Source of the DNA: Octopus sinensis
Taxonomy: Eukaryota
Length of the DNA: 64,000 nt
Direction of reading: 5' to 3'
Assembly: GCF_006345805.1 (NCBI RefSeq)
Contig: NC_043003.1
Span: 114,576,001-114,640,000 of the forward strand
The notes beneath the pieces were generated by a model. It saw only the letters and a program-made list of their open reading frames with translations. It made no database searches and was not told where the DNA came from. Positions 51,328 through 64,000 of the stretch are shown here, piece by piece; within the stretch, counting starts at the first letter, position 1; each line of letters opens with the position of its first letter. Position numbers and translations under genes: made by a program.

Positions 51328-51589
51328 GATGGTTGACAAAAATCATATGAAGAACAGAATGGCAGCAGCAACGGAGATAATAATATTAGCGATAGCAACT
51401 GTAACATCGATGGCATCGCTAGCAACCATTAGCAATTATAATGGCACCAACAAGGAAAGTAGTATAATGAAATGCAGTGAATGGTATTTTGGTAGAAGAA
51501 TGTAGGGGAATATTGGAATGGTTAGTGGAAAGAATTGGGGTGGGGTGGGGTTCGTGTGAGTCTCTATAAATAATTAGAAAAATATAGAA

Positions 51590-52820
51590 GAGAGAAAGAA
51601 GTGGAAGAAAAAGATGAAGGGAGAGGGAGGTGAGAAGAAGAAGAAGAAGAAGAGGGAAGTGGTTGAAGAACGGAGGAGGAAGAGAAGATGAAGGAAGATG
51701 GGAGAGGAGGAGGAGGAGAGTAAATAATAATAAAGAAGAAGAAGAAAAAGAAGAAGAGAAGAAGTGGAAGCAGAAGAAGAAGAAAAGAAGAAGAAGGAGG
51801 ATGAGGAGAAGAGAAGAAGAAGAAGAAGGAGGAGGAGGAGAAGAGAAGAAGAAGAAGAAGTGGAGGAAGCAGAAGAAGAAGAAAAGAAAAAGAAGAAGAA
51901 GAAGAAGAAGAAGAAGAAGAAGAAGAAGAGGAAGCAGAAGAAGTAGAAAAGAAGAAGAAGAAGAAGAAGAAGAAGGAGGAGGAGGGGGAGGAGAAGAAGA
52001 AGCAGAAGAAGAAAAGAAGAAGAAAAAAAAGAATAAGAAGAAAAGAAAAAAGAAGAAGAAGAAGAAGAAGAGGAGGAGAAGAGAAGAAGAAGAAAGTGAG
52101 GACAGAAGAAGAAAAAAGAATAAGAAGAAGAAGAAGAAGAAGAAGAAGAAAAGAAGAGGAGGAAGTGGGAAAGAATAAGAGGAAAGAAGATGAAGGAAGG
52201 AAGATGGAAGATAAGAGAAAGAGAGGAAGTAGGAGAGAATAATAATAAAAGAAGAACAAGAAAAGAACATAAGAAGAATGGAAGCAGAAGAAGAATAAAA
52301 TAAAGAAAGGAGGAGGAGAAGAGAAGAAGAAGAAAAGTGGAGGACGCAAAGAAGAAGAAAAGAATAAGAAGAAGAAGAGAAGAAGAAAGAAGAAGAAGAG
52401 GAAAGTGGTTGAAGAAGGAGAGAAGATATGAAGGAAATGGGGAAGATGAGGATCTGAAGAATAATAATAATACAAAGAAGAAGAAGAAGAAGAAGAAGTG
52501 AAGAAAGAGAAGAAGAAGAAGAGTAGGGGAGGAGAAGGAAGAAGAAGAAGAGTGAGAAGAAGAAGAAGAAGAAAAGAAAAAGAAAGAGAAGAAGAATAGA
52601 AGAGAAGAGAGAGAAAGAAGAAGAAGTAGAAAAGAAGAAAGAAGAAGATAAGAAGAAGGAGGAGAGGGGAGAGAATAAGAAGATCAGAAGAAGAAAAGAA
52701 GAAGAAAAAGAAGAAGAAAAGAAAAAGAGGAAAAGAGATAAGAAGAAGAAGAGGAGGAGGGAGGAGGAAGATTGAAAAGTGAGAAGAGGAGGAGAAAGAA
52801 GTGAAAGAAGAGCAATGGTT
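51590..52820. repeat. 1.2-kb GAA/GGA polypurine tract
   Basis: Direct reading; explains the 449-aa and 283-aa F/S/L ORFs. Confidence 0.97.
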
Positions 52821-53329
52821 GACGATTCCTGAGTTCCTTGTTATTGGTTGGTGTGGAAGATGTTTTCGCCTCCAATCGCCAAAGTCGTCTGTAAAGGAAT
52901 CAACAGCTTTCAAATAAACAGGAACAACATTCGAGTAAATGCGCTGAGCACTTTGGTCTCATTTGTACACCGAAAGCGGTATGTGGGTGGATGTGTATCT
53001 CTGAGTGTGTGTGTGTGTGTGCTTGTGTATACGCACGTACGTATATCAGATTTACACACACGTGAGACGTGTAATATAAACATGTATATATACACACACT
53101 AACATTTCTCTCTCTTTCTTACCCTCTCTCTGTATGTATATATATAATTATGTATGTGTATGTGTGTGTGTGTGTGTGATATTATGTATATGCATCTGCG
53201 TGTTGATATATACTTATACACACGCACATACATATACATAGTATATTATTATACACATACTTATAACTATAAATTATATCGTATGTGTGCGTTTGTGTAT
53301 ATGTATATGTGTGCATGTGCAGACAGACA

Positions 53330-53431
53330 GACAGATTAGATAGATAGATCGATAGACAGACAGACAGACAGACAGACAAATAGATAGATAGATACACAAA
53401 TAAACAGATATATAGATAGATAAACAGATAT

Positions 53432-53466
<35 letters not shown>

Positions 53467-53500
53467 TGTTTCTTTATTAGCCACACAGGGCTGCACACAG

Positions 53501-53570
<70 letters not shown>

Positions 53571-53653
53571 ATACATATATATAGTAATAATATATACTGT
53601 TTACTATCTCTCCATCCATCTATCTATCTATCTCTCTATCTATCTATCTATTA

Positions 53654-53697
<44 letters not shown>

Positions 53698-53790
53698 TAT
53701 ATATATATATATATATAGATTATATGATAATAGATAGATAGATAGATAGATAGAAAAATAGATAGATAGATAGATAAGCTAGATGATATA
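53330..53790. repeat. Compound (GATA)n/(TATC)n/(TA)n microsatellite
   Basis: Direct reading; (GATA)n and (TATC)n blocks face each other and can fold back. Confidence 0.95.
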
Positions 53791-54639
53791 GATGGTTGGG
53801 GAATTAAACAGAGAATTCTTGAACAAGCGAATATGCACACAATAGCAGCAAAGAATGGAGTGGCAGGTAGATGGAAAGCTGTTATTTTCGATGGCGAGTC
53901 TAGTTCGACAGATGCGGCAACAACAGCAGTTTATATTGCGTTTTGTGGGCAATAAAGAATAGGGTTCGGCGTTGGAAGGGGTCTGTGTGGATGTATAGAG
54001 CCACGTGTATGTACGTGAGCCTCGCAGTTTAGTAACTCTCTCTACCCATTGTCATATAAACATACATACACGCACTCACACAAACACAAACATACATACG
54101 TATTTACACGTGTATGTCTACACTTTAGTGTGCGTTGCAATTCTTTCGTTCTCTGTCTCTCCATCAACATATAAACACATACCCACAAACAAGTGTGTGT
54201 GTGCGTGTGTGCGTATGTCTATGTATGCATTTAAATGCACTTTCCCAGTGCATAAGAAGTGTTTCCACTTTATTCCTACGTATGTTTGACTTGACACTAA
54301 ATACCGATGGAAACGCATCCAGTTTGTATAAGCAGCGATCGGAAATTAGATTAACTGCCTTAGCCGTACGTGTGTAAGTGTGTACGTGCATGTGTATGTG
54401 AGAGTCTACGCATGTGTGCTCACATACAAGTGAGTGCATAAGAGATGTGTGTCTGTGTGTGTTCATTTACACGAAAATGCATGGATGTAAGGTTGTTTGG
54501 AGGAAAGAAAGAGTGGATAGAAGTGGATATTTGAGCATGAGTGTTCTTGCGTTTTCAATTCATGGTTGTCCACACTCATGCATACAAATATATTCAGGTG
54601 TAATTAAAACTGCTATATTATTTGTCACATGCTTCTTAC

Positions 54640-54969
54640 TTATATATGTATGTGTGTATATATACATATACATACACATACATATATATGTATATATATA
54701 TATGTATATACATATATATGCATATATATAAACATACATATATATATGTATATACATATATATGCATATATATATACACATACATATATATGTATATACA
54801 TATATATATATGCATATATACACATACATATATATATGTATATATATATATGCATATATACACATACATATATATGTATATACATATATATATATGCATA
54901 TATACACATACATATATATATGTATATATATATATGCTTATATATACACATACATATATATATATGTAT

Positions 54970-55000
<31 letters not shown>

Positions 55001-55129
55001 TATATGTATATATATATATATATTTATATATATATGTATATATATATATTATTTATATAATATATGTATATATATATATTATTTATATATGTATATATAT
55101 ATAATGTATATATATATATATTATATATA

Positions 55130-55161
<32 letters not shown>

Positions 55162-55185
55162 GTATATATATATATATATATATCT
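54640..55185. repeat. TA-derived minisatellite (about 40-bp higher-order unit) grading into (TA)n
   Basis: Unit ATGCATATATACACATACATATATATGTATATACATATAT recurs about 6-7 times. Confidence 0.85.
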
Positions 55186-55250
55186 GTATGTGTGTCAGTC
55201 CATTTATGCATGCATGTATGTATGAATGTATGAATCTATATATTTATCTA

Positions 55251-55285
<35 letters not shown>

Positions 55286-56234
55286 GTGCATTTATACATA
55301 TAGCTATCTACTTGTTTCTCTCTATATATGTACGTACGTACGTATGTATGTTTATATATATATTGCTGAGCGTGTATTCCCACAAACTAGAGAATACCAT
55401 CAACACACACAAAATACAATAAATAGTTGTTGTTTTGTGTTGATTCTTCTTAATCCATGTATTTCTGTTTCAAATTTCCGATTATTGAAATCACTGGAGG
55501 AAGGAAGCAACTCGACGTTATATAGGCAAGAATATATGTACAGACATCGAAATATGACTAGTTACTACACAGCAGAGATTTCATTGGTTTTTGCATAACA
55601 ACGTTAGAAAATACGTCATGGTATTCTTTATTGAATTTTCATATCTTTTATGTAGGACATAAATTATTTTAGCCTGCGGGTAGTTGAGATTCGTTAATAA
55701 ATATCTATAGAAATACCGAGAAAATTTGCCAAATTTTCACCTTTTTCTGCAATCGTGTCTGTAGGCGGATGTGATTTCTTTAACGGAGCAAAATATTTGA
55801 AAGTGTTTTATATTATAATGTTTTAAATTTGAAATATATTTGGATTTTTAAGTGGTGAGACTATGCATTCAGGTTTTGAATGCATAGTTACTAGCAGGGA
55901 CATTCTGCGGAAGCATTTCATTTCACTTCACCTTATAGAACTTTTTGAACTGCAATAAGAAACGTGGCTAGATAAGTTAATGCTTTACAAAGGCTGACAT
56001 TGTTGATGGTCGACAAGGATTTTATTAAGAGAACAATTTGGAATATCAATACAAGAACCATCTGCTTATACTTGATATGGAATTAAACAAGACTTTTGAA
56101 ACGGCATTATTCTTGTTAATTATTTTTATGGTCTCGGGAAATTTAAGCAAAGAATACCAAAAAGTATTTAAACAATGCAATACGATTCTGTTTTCAATTG
56201 TTGCGTTTATGAAAATTGATGTTGTGCTGAATGA

Positions 56235-56402
56235 AATGTGAAGGCAAATGGCGTGGTCGTCAGATCGCAGTTTCGATTCCTAGACCGGGTGAAGCGTAAG
56301 CAAATCCTTCCTTTTCGCGTTGCTCCTGGTGACGGACCGGTGTCCCGTTCGGGAAAATTGCTGCTTTGTCACTTATATGACATGGAAACTGAGGAACCGG
56401 CA
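56235..56402 (+). mobile_element. Degenerate SINE family 3 copy
   Basis: GTGAAGGCAAATGGC head, GTTTCGATTCCTAGACCGGG B box, GACGGACCGGTGTCCCGTTC tail as in 20112-20415. Confidence 0.65.
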
Positions 56403-56713
56403 GGAGATGTTCTACACTTCGAGACAATACTTTTGTTATTATAGATAATAAACTCGGTCATTGAATCAATTGGATTTTAATGCTTCATTGTACCAAAGAG
56501 TAGCGCGAGTAAGATATGCGCTTAATATTAACTAAGGTTTAAGTACTGTTGAAGTTGATTGGTATTTATCATAATATTCCAAACTTTCTGGTAAAAGAAT
56601 TACATCTAACACATTAACCTTGCTTACATTAGCATTTGCTGCGCTGTTTAGATTTAACTATTTGAAAATGTTAACGAACTCCTTAAAGTCAGAACGTAAA
56701 GAAGAACAAAATG

Positions 56714-57528
56714 CCTATTTATTTACTACCCACAAGGGGCTAAACGCAGAGATGACAAACAAGTACAGACAAACGGATTAAGTCGATTATATCAACCCCA
56801 GTGCGTAACTGGTACTTATATAATCGACCCCGAAAGGATGAAAGGCAAAGTCGACATCGGCGGAATTTGAACTCAGAACGTAGCTGCAGACGAAATACCT
56901 ATTTCTTTACTACCCAAAAGGGGCTAAACACAGAGGACAAACAAGGACAGACAAACGAATTAGGTCGATTACATCGACCCCAGTGCGTAACTGGTACTTA
57001 ATTTATCGACCCCGAAAGGATGAAAGGCAAAGTCAACATCGGTGGAATTTGAACTCAGAACGTAACGGCAGACGAAATACGGCTACGCATTTCGCCCGGC
57101 GTGCTAATGTTTCTTATTTCATTACTACCCACAAGGGGCTAAACATAGAGGAGAGAAACAAGGACAGACAAAGTGATTAGGTCGATTACATAGACCACGT
57201 AACTGGTACTTATTTATCGACCCCGAAAGGATGAAAGGCAAAGTCAACATCGGTGGAATTTGAACTCAGAACGTAACGGCAGACGAAATACGGCTACGCA
57301 TTTCGCCCGGCGTGCTAATGTTTCTTATTTCATTACTACCCACAAGGGGCTAAACATAGAGGAGAGAAACAAGGACAGACAAAGTGATTAGGTCGATTAC
57401 ATAGACCACGTAACTGGTACTTAATTTATCGACCTCGGCGAAATTTGAACTCAGAACGTAAAGACAGACAAAATACTGCTAAGCATTTCGCCCGGCGTGC
57501 TAACCACTCTGCCAGCTTGCCGCCTCTA
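56714..57528 (-). mobile_element. Head-to-tail tetramer of SINE family 1
   Basis: Four units of about 185-215 bp; 57008-57212 and 57218-57423 are near identical. Confidence 0.92.
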
Positions 57529-57910
57529 AGTAAAGGTGACTTTGTCAGGTTTTAATTATAATGACAATTTCTTTGAATTACAGTCAAATGTAATGATTAT
57601 TTATTCAATTTTGTACTGAATGAAATGTGGAGGCAAATAATGAAGACGGTTTCAAATTTTGGCACCAATCTCGGAATGAGGGAAGGTAAGGGACTCAGAA
57701 TGTGAAGATTCATACTTACAAAATAGACAGTCCGTCATCACTGTAGATACCGAACTCTGCTGAGATGAATTTCTTTCAAACTACATCTGAGACGTTGAAA
57801 CATTGACTCACTAACCTCATCGTACAATAGCATAGCTACAAAGCAATTCGTGACTGCGACTTTGAACCCCACTCAAAGTGTCACACAATACAACGGATAT
57901 TACAGCTTGC

Positions 57911-58018
<108 letters not shown>

Positions 58019-59351
58019 TGGAAGTCCGAATCACAAACTGACATGAAGTTCTCTTGGTACTGAAGAGTTTCTAAATAAATGTTACAGATGGTTAGAAGTT
58101 TGAGATATCTACGAATATAAATTTAGGAGGATGATAACTAAAACGTGGTTATATAAACATTGATTTGGTCATTAACACTAAAATATTAATTACATTAGTT
58201 TTATATATATTATAGCGAAGACTTGAAAATATTACACCATTTTTGTCGGGTATAAATTGATATAGTATATATTTTCCACATGAAAATTGAGTCATTGTTT
58301 GCATACAGTCATGTATAGAGTTACTCATTTAAACAAATATAAACATATAGATACATAATCTGTATGCTTACATGAAAATCTCATCCGTCAGTACATGCAG
58401 CCATACCAGCATAACGTATAGAGATACTTAGCAAGCACACAGATGCTTTTGTTCGGTACATTCCATGCCAATTCTCTCTCAAAGCTTATTCTGCAATGAA
58501 GCTTCCAATAGAATTTGTTGCCATTTCGCTTTCTCCTTTCATTCCTAAATCCTAAGGAAATAATATCAAATATTATCATGAGAACATTTGGTGAACAAGT
58601 ACAATAATATAAGGAGTAATATCAATGATAAATATCGTACATGTGTCAAAGATATCAGAGATTTGAGCTTTTATATTAATATTGTTGGATTTCAGGGCAG
58701 ACAGAAAATTGATAAAACTATGAGCAGTTCAAACATGAGAAAACAAGACCGTTATTGGTAAACACATTACGACACTTTTGATATCTCTATTTTGATGCCA
58801 GAGATGGATGGTTGCATATAGTTTACCTCAAAATAATATATGGAAATACACATCGTAAACACACACACACACAATCAAACACACACGCATACTCTTATAC
58901 ATAGAGACACATGCGAGGACACAGACATACACAGAACACGAATAACAATATCGTGTACATTGTGAAGAGTAAATATCTATTCCCTATCGTATCTATATAT
59001 TTACAGAATATTCTAGTTCACCTTCAACCTTTACCCAAACCACATGCCGTGATACTTGGAAGTAAATCATGCGTGTCGTGATTCAAACTTGACTTGGGGA
59101 CTACAGTCGCTGATTTTACTCGAGAACTTGTATCCCCGTTCCTCATTTAATTCTGTTTTCTGACAGATGTTTATGTTTCAAATCTATAAAACACTGATAA
59201 CAGACAGAAGAATGTAGTCAGCCCAGGGTGGTCTCCCCTACTTGCTGGGAAAATAGAAATGGTATCACAATCATAGTTGTTCTAACCATCTCTATAGTTA
59301 ACTGTGTGTCTATTTTTCTCTCCATATACACACACACACACACACACACAT

Positions 59352-59439
<88 letters not shown>

Positions 59440-59441
<2 letters not shown>

Positions 59442-59667
59442 CGAGCTGGCAGAAACGTTAGAACGCCGGGCGAAAAGCGAAGCCGTATTTCGTCTGCCGT
59501 TACGCTCTGAGTTCAAATTCCGCCGAGGTCGACTTTGCCTTTCATCCTTTTGGGGTCGATAAATAAAGTAACAGTTACACACTGGGGTCGATGTAAACCA
59601 CTTAATCCGTTTGTCTGTCCTTGTTTGTCCCCTCTGTGTTTAGCTCCTTGTAGGCAGTAAAGAAATG
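59440..59667 (+). mobile_element. SINE family 1, full length
   Basis: GGCGAGCTGGCAGAAACGTTAG head, GAGTTCAAATTCC B box, core and AAAGAAAT end. Confidence 0.92.
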
Positions 59668-59765
59668 TATATATATAAGTATGAATTTATGTATGTGGAT
59701 GAGTATATAGGTGGGTAAGTATAGAAGTATGTATGTATGTGTGTGTTTGAAGGTGCATGTATATA

Positions 59766-60660
59766 TGAGGTGGCATCAAAAGGTCCCCAGATTTGTGATG
59801 TTTAATAAAAGTAGTTTATTTACCCAAGTTTTAACATCATCTTCTTCGAAATAGTCGCCTTGCACAGCAATAAATCGGCCCCAATATTTCTGCCACTTTT
59901 GGAATCCGGCCTGGATGTCATTTTCCGTAAGCAAGTCGAGGATCTTCTGCGATTCTAGATCTTGACGACAACATTAAAACTGTGACTTTTGATCTGCATT
60001 TTCATCTTCGGGAAGAGACGGAAGTCCGCAGGTGCTTGATCTGGTGAACAGGGTGGGTGCAGGGGTGATACAATATTCGCTTTGGCGAAAATCTCACAAG
60101 TGATGAGAGCTAGGTGACAGGGTGCATTGTCGTCATGAAGTAGCTAATTATTCGTGCCCCGGCGACCTTGTCCCTCTCACCGAATGTCCTCCCTGACACG
60201 TTTCAAAACGTCTCAGAACTCTTGATTGAGGATATGACTCTAAGGTACAAATTCTTGATGCACACCACCACATTTCTAGAGCTGACGCTCGTGGTAGGTC
60301 TTCTGAATGTTCTTCTGCTCTTGAAGCGCCTGTGCCGCTCGAAACATTGCATATGACCCTTTGCCTCGTCGCTGTAAGCTTGCCAATGTCTCTCTAGCAG
60401 ACTTCTCAAATTTAACGCAAAATTTTACTTTGGCTCTTTGTTTCAACTTCCAGTCCATGATAGAAAAATAAAACTCAGACTACATCATACATGTGATCAC
60501 AAAATCCCAAAATTCACAACTAGTGAAGTAAACACAGCTTTGTCACTTAGCAACCTGGCTCCTGAAGGGTACTGCTACATCTCACTGCGCACGCATCCGT
60601 GTGCTGCCATCTGTTGGCGCGCTACAGAACTAGTCCGAGACCTTTTTTCCATCTACCTAT
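59766..60660 (-). mobile_element. Mariner (D,D34D) transposon, internally deleted
   Basis: N-terminus MDWKLKQRAKVKFCVKFEKSARET; C-terminal LLHDDNAPCH and HPPCSPDQAPADFRLFPKMK (HDNARPH / YSPDLAPSD motifs); imperfect TIRs. Confidence 0.88.
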
Positions 60661-61040
60661 GGAAGGACCTGATCCATAAGGCTGTTTGAAAAGCCTGTAT
60701 TCACAGTATAGAGTTCGCATTTAACAAGAAGTCTTTTGAACAATAATCTTCCTTGCTATACGAAGGAGAGTACAACACTACACACACTTCTTTACTTATT
60801 TATATAATTGTATGTATGTGTGGGTGTATGTCTGTGCGTGTGTGTGTGTTTGCATGTCGGTATGCATGCGCTTGTGTGTATGTATGCACACACAATCAAT
60901 GACACCATTGAAAAACATATTTTTAGGAAATTAGTCCAAAGTTCTACGTCTGTTTCGAGTAGCGAACAGTTGTAAGTGAACAACATTTATGGCTCTGTTC
61001 TGTGAGTTCATTTCAGGGAGACGTTGTATAGCAATAATTC

Positions 61041-61420
61041 AGAGGAGTGGCTGTGTGGTAAGTAGCTTGCTAACCAACCACATGGTTGCGGGTTCAGTCC
61101 CACTGCGTGGCATCTTGGGCAAGTGTCTTCTACTATAGCCTCGGGCCGACCAAAGCCTTGTGAGTGGATTTGATAGACGGAAACTGAAAAAACAAAGTCG
61201 TATATATGTATATATATATGTGTGTGTGTATATGTTTGTCCCCCTAGCATTGCTTGACAACCGATGCTGGTATGTTTATGTCCCCGTTACTTAGCGGTTC
61301 GGCAAAAGGAACCAATAGAATAAGTACTGGGCTTACAAAGAATAAGTCCCGGGGTCGATTTGCTCGACTAAAGGCGGTGCTCCAGCATGGCCGCAGTCAA
61401 ATGACTGAAACAAGTAAAAG
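61041..61420 (+). mobile_element. SINE family 2, full length
   Basis: Aligns end to end with the other copies. Confidence 0.92.
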
Positions 61421-62199
61421 AAAAGAAAAAGATAACAGAAAATGCTGGGTCAGTTAGGGCATACGGCGCGAGTAGAGTTACTGATTTGTGCACCCTGATT
61501 TCATATACAGACATACATTCATAATCACTTGAACAAACACACGCAGACATAAATAGACATATATATATATATATATATATATATACACGCACACGCATAC
61601 AAACACGCACACAGACACACGTATATGTATGTACGTATGCATGAAAATACGTAGGTAGGTGGGTGGTTAGTTAGATAGGTACGGAGTTGGGTAGGTAGAT
61701 GTGTGTGTCTTCAAAACGGTATCATGGAATAAAGCGGGTCAATACTTGACGTAGAATATAAATGTTAATTTAAATGAAATGTTTCTTCATGATTCGAGTT
61801 TCACTCTTCCCTACAGTGTAATAAGCTTGCCAAAACAATATAACTCTTCCTGTAGATAGCAAAATTATCTAAAGTGTTATATGTTGTTTTTATAAATAAT
61901 AGACGTTTAATTAATATAACATTAAAATGTCCAACTATTCGCAAACCGTTGAGTAATAATCTAGATTCAGTAATTAAACCCACTTCGGCGGCACATGGAT
62001 TCAAATGAAATATCAATTCAGGAGACAGAATTTCTTTTACTGATGAAATTTTCAAAAAGACTAGATATTATTCACACTTGTCCCATTGTTTCTGCCCACA
62101 CACCGAGATTCAAACAAAACGGTTTAGAATTCCTTTACCTCCTTTCCACGGCACATCAGTTGTATATTTTTTAGCTTTTTTCTGCTTGTCTTATTTCAG

Positions 62200-62525
62200 T
62201 CTTTGGACTGTGGTCAGGCTGGGGCACCATTTTCAAAGGTCTAGTAGAACTGAAAAATCTGGTACATATCATATCGCTCTCTTTTGCAGTACTGCTACGT
62301 TACAGGAATGTAAATAAACCAACAACAGTTGTCAAGTGTTGGTGGTGAAGAGACAATCAAAGAGCTATCACAAAAACACACAAAACAGACACATTAACAA
62401 CATCCATCCACACTATTTTCTTCACAAGACTTTGGACGGCCTGGGACTACAGAGGAAAACATCCGCACAGTGGAGCTGAACCCCAGCCCACATGGTTGGA
62501 AAGCAAATTTCTTACCCACACAACT
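62200..62525 (-). mobile_element. SINE family 2, old degenerate copy
   Basis: ATTTCAGTCTTTGGACTGTGG..GGGGCACC; CAGTGGAGCTGAACCCCAGCCCACATGGTTGG. Confidence 0.65.
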
Positions 62526-63355
62526 ACAAAAAGTTGTTTACTTCACAATTCACATGCACCTTCCTATGAAAAGAAAATAAACAATGTGTATTTTCAGTGG
62601 TTAATTAATTCATTAATTACAATAATGACATTAATTACATAAAACAACATAAATAGGTAATAAATATATAAGTAAATAAATAGCTGGCTGCACGTTCTTC
62701 TCCTATATTTTGGCAGGGGCCACGTCGGTCAAGGCTGCCACAGGTTATTTATAACATACCAGACATGGCCTACAGGTTAAGCGGGTCTGGTCAGAGTGCA
62801 CTTGACACGTGCCACTTGCTAAGCGCCTTCCAAATGGCACACACACCGAAATAATGATGATAATAATAATGATAATAATAATGGGGGAATTTCATTCGAC
62901 CCACCACACTCACAGGCTTAGGCGATATAATCCACTTACGACAAATACACGGAGTAGCATCCACATCATCATCATCAACATCATCCTTGTTGCTGTTGTT
63001 GTTGTTGTATTTATTATTGACGTCTTTAACAGCTTAACTTTCTTAATGCTTTTCTTCTACGGATGTATATAAATGACGACGACAAAAACAAAACAAGCAA
63101 AAAGAAAAAAAAATGGGAAAGAAAAAGCGAGCAAAAGCACAAGAAATAAAAGAAAGAATTGTGTGTCGAAGTATCCGGAGGCCATAATCTGGTTAATAAG
63201 TAGGGAGCAGCATGCGCTGAATCACTGTTGAAAGTTCTTAATCCTAAATCTTCCTAATCAAAATGGCTTCTAATTGAACGCTGTTTTGTGCAAAGGGTTA
63301 TGGGAAGGGTCACCATTCACAATTAAGGCTTTCCTTTCACTCAGGAAACGTCTGA

Positions 63356-63426
63356 TTAACTTCCATTTTGACTTCGTTTCCCTTTTTTTAACACTGTTGC
63401 TTTAAAACATGTTTCATTGTATTTTT

Positions 63427-63466
<40 letters not shown>

Positions 63467-63473
63467 GGTGGTG

Positions 63474-63538
<65 letters not shown>

Positions 63539-63967
63539 GGTGGGAATGATAATAGTAGTAGAAGTTGTGGTAGTAGCAGTGGTTGTTGTATTAGAATTAG
63601 CATTTGTACTAGTAATGGTTATAGTGATTTGTTGTTGGTGGCGGGGTGATGACAGTAGTAGCAGTAGTGGTGGTGGAAACGATAATAATAGTACTAGTTG
63701 TGGTAGTAGTAGTTGTGGTTGTAGTATTAGTGGTTGTAGTATTAGTATTTGTACTAGTAATGGTTGCTGTGATTTGTTGTGGGTGGTGGGGGTGATGACA
63801 GTAGTAGTTGTAGTAGTAGTAGTAGGAGGAGGAGGAGGAGGAGGTGTTGTTATTGATATTGTTGGTGGAGTAGCCTGAGGCGAGCCATGCTCGAGAGGAG
63901 GCGTATGATCAAAGGCGTTTCCAGCGCTCATCATCTTCCGCTGTTTTCCATTTTGTACTAAATCCAT
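63356..63967 (-). CDS. Low-complexity ORF with a non-repetitive N-terminus (doubtful)
   Basis: ATG in good Kozak context (AAGATGG) with in-frame upstream stop; first 35 aa complex; remainder is ACT/ACC repeat with an internal duplication read in two different frames. Confidence 0.12.
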
Positions 63968-64000
63968 CTTCCAATCGTAACAATCAAATTCATTTCAAAA

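Noticed and set aside
51419-52913. 449-aa and 283-aa ORFs (F/S/L-rich) and poly-K/E/R ORFs
   Set aside because: Translations of a GAA/GGA tract; the CT-rich strand cannot contain stops, so length is uninformative. The good-looking acceptor near 52897 has no downstream donor.
13030-55130. Numerous YI/VC/HT-repeat ORFs in the supplied track
   Set aside because: Translations of (TA)n, (TG)n and (CA)n dinucleotide repeats.
56714-57528. CRISPR-like or bacterial repeat array
   Set aside because: Units are about 200-bp SINE copies with no unique spacers; the context is eukaryotic and there are no cas genes.
58407-58554. Candidate minus-strand exon FRNERRKRNGNKFYWKLHC..
   Set aside because: Plausible splice sites but no recognisable homology; such candidates arise readily by chance (likewise near 21497, 29960-30050 and 38198).

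Overview
AT-rich eukaryotic, repeat-dominated genomic DNA with one 100-N scaffold gap (50015-50114). The repeat repertoire (dense TA/TG/CATA/GATA/AAT/CTA/GAA microsatellites, two very abundant tRNA-derived SINE families, RTE and Dong/R4 LINE relics) suggests a coleoid cephalopod, probably Octopus. That assignment is inference from recalled repeat sequences, not a database hit. No protein-coding gene can be called with confidence. Most ORFs in the supplied track are microsatellite artefacts, and the recognisable ones are transposon remnants (Tigger, two mariners, RTE, Dong/R4, Penelope-like). Also present: three copies of a GG..CC MITE with 8-bp TSDs and internal telomere-like repeats, one canonical non-autonomous Helitron, SINE clusters and concatemers, and several long hairpins. 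The most interesting signal is a set of short, microsatellite-embedded elements carrying minimal type I hammerhead-ribozyme motifs, whose stems differ in sequence but keep pairing. One of them is fused behind a tRNA-like Pol III head, suggesting a SINE mobilised by Penelope-like elements. Other leads are an RTE LINE tail with three C2H2-like fingers and a speculative minus-strand chain of small Cys-rich exons.
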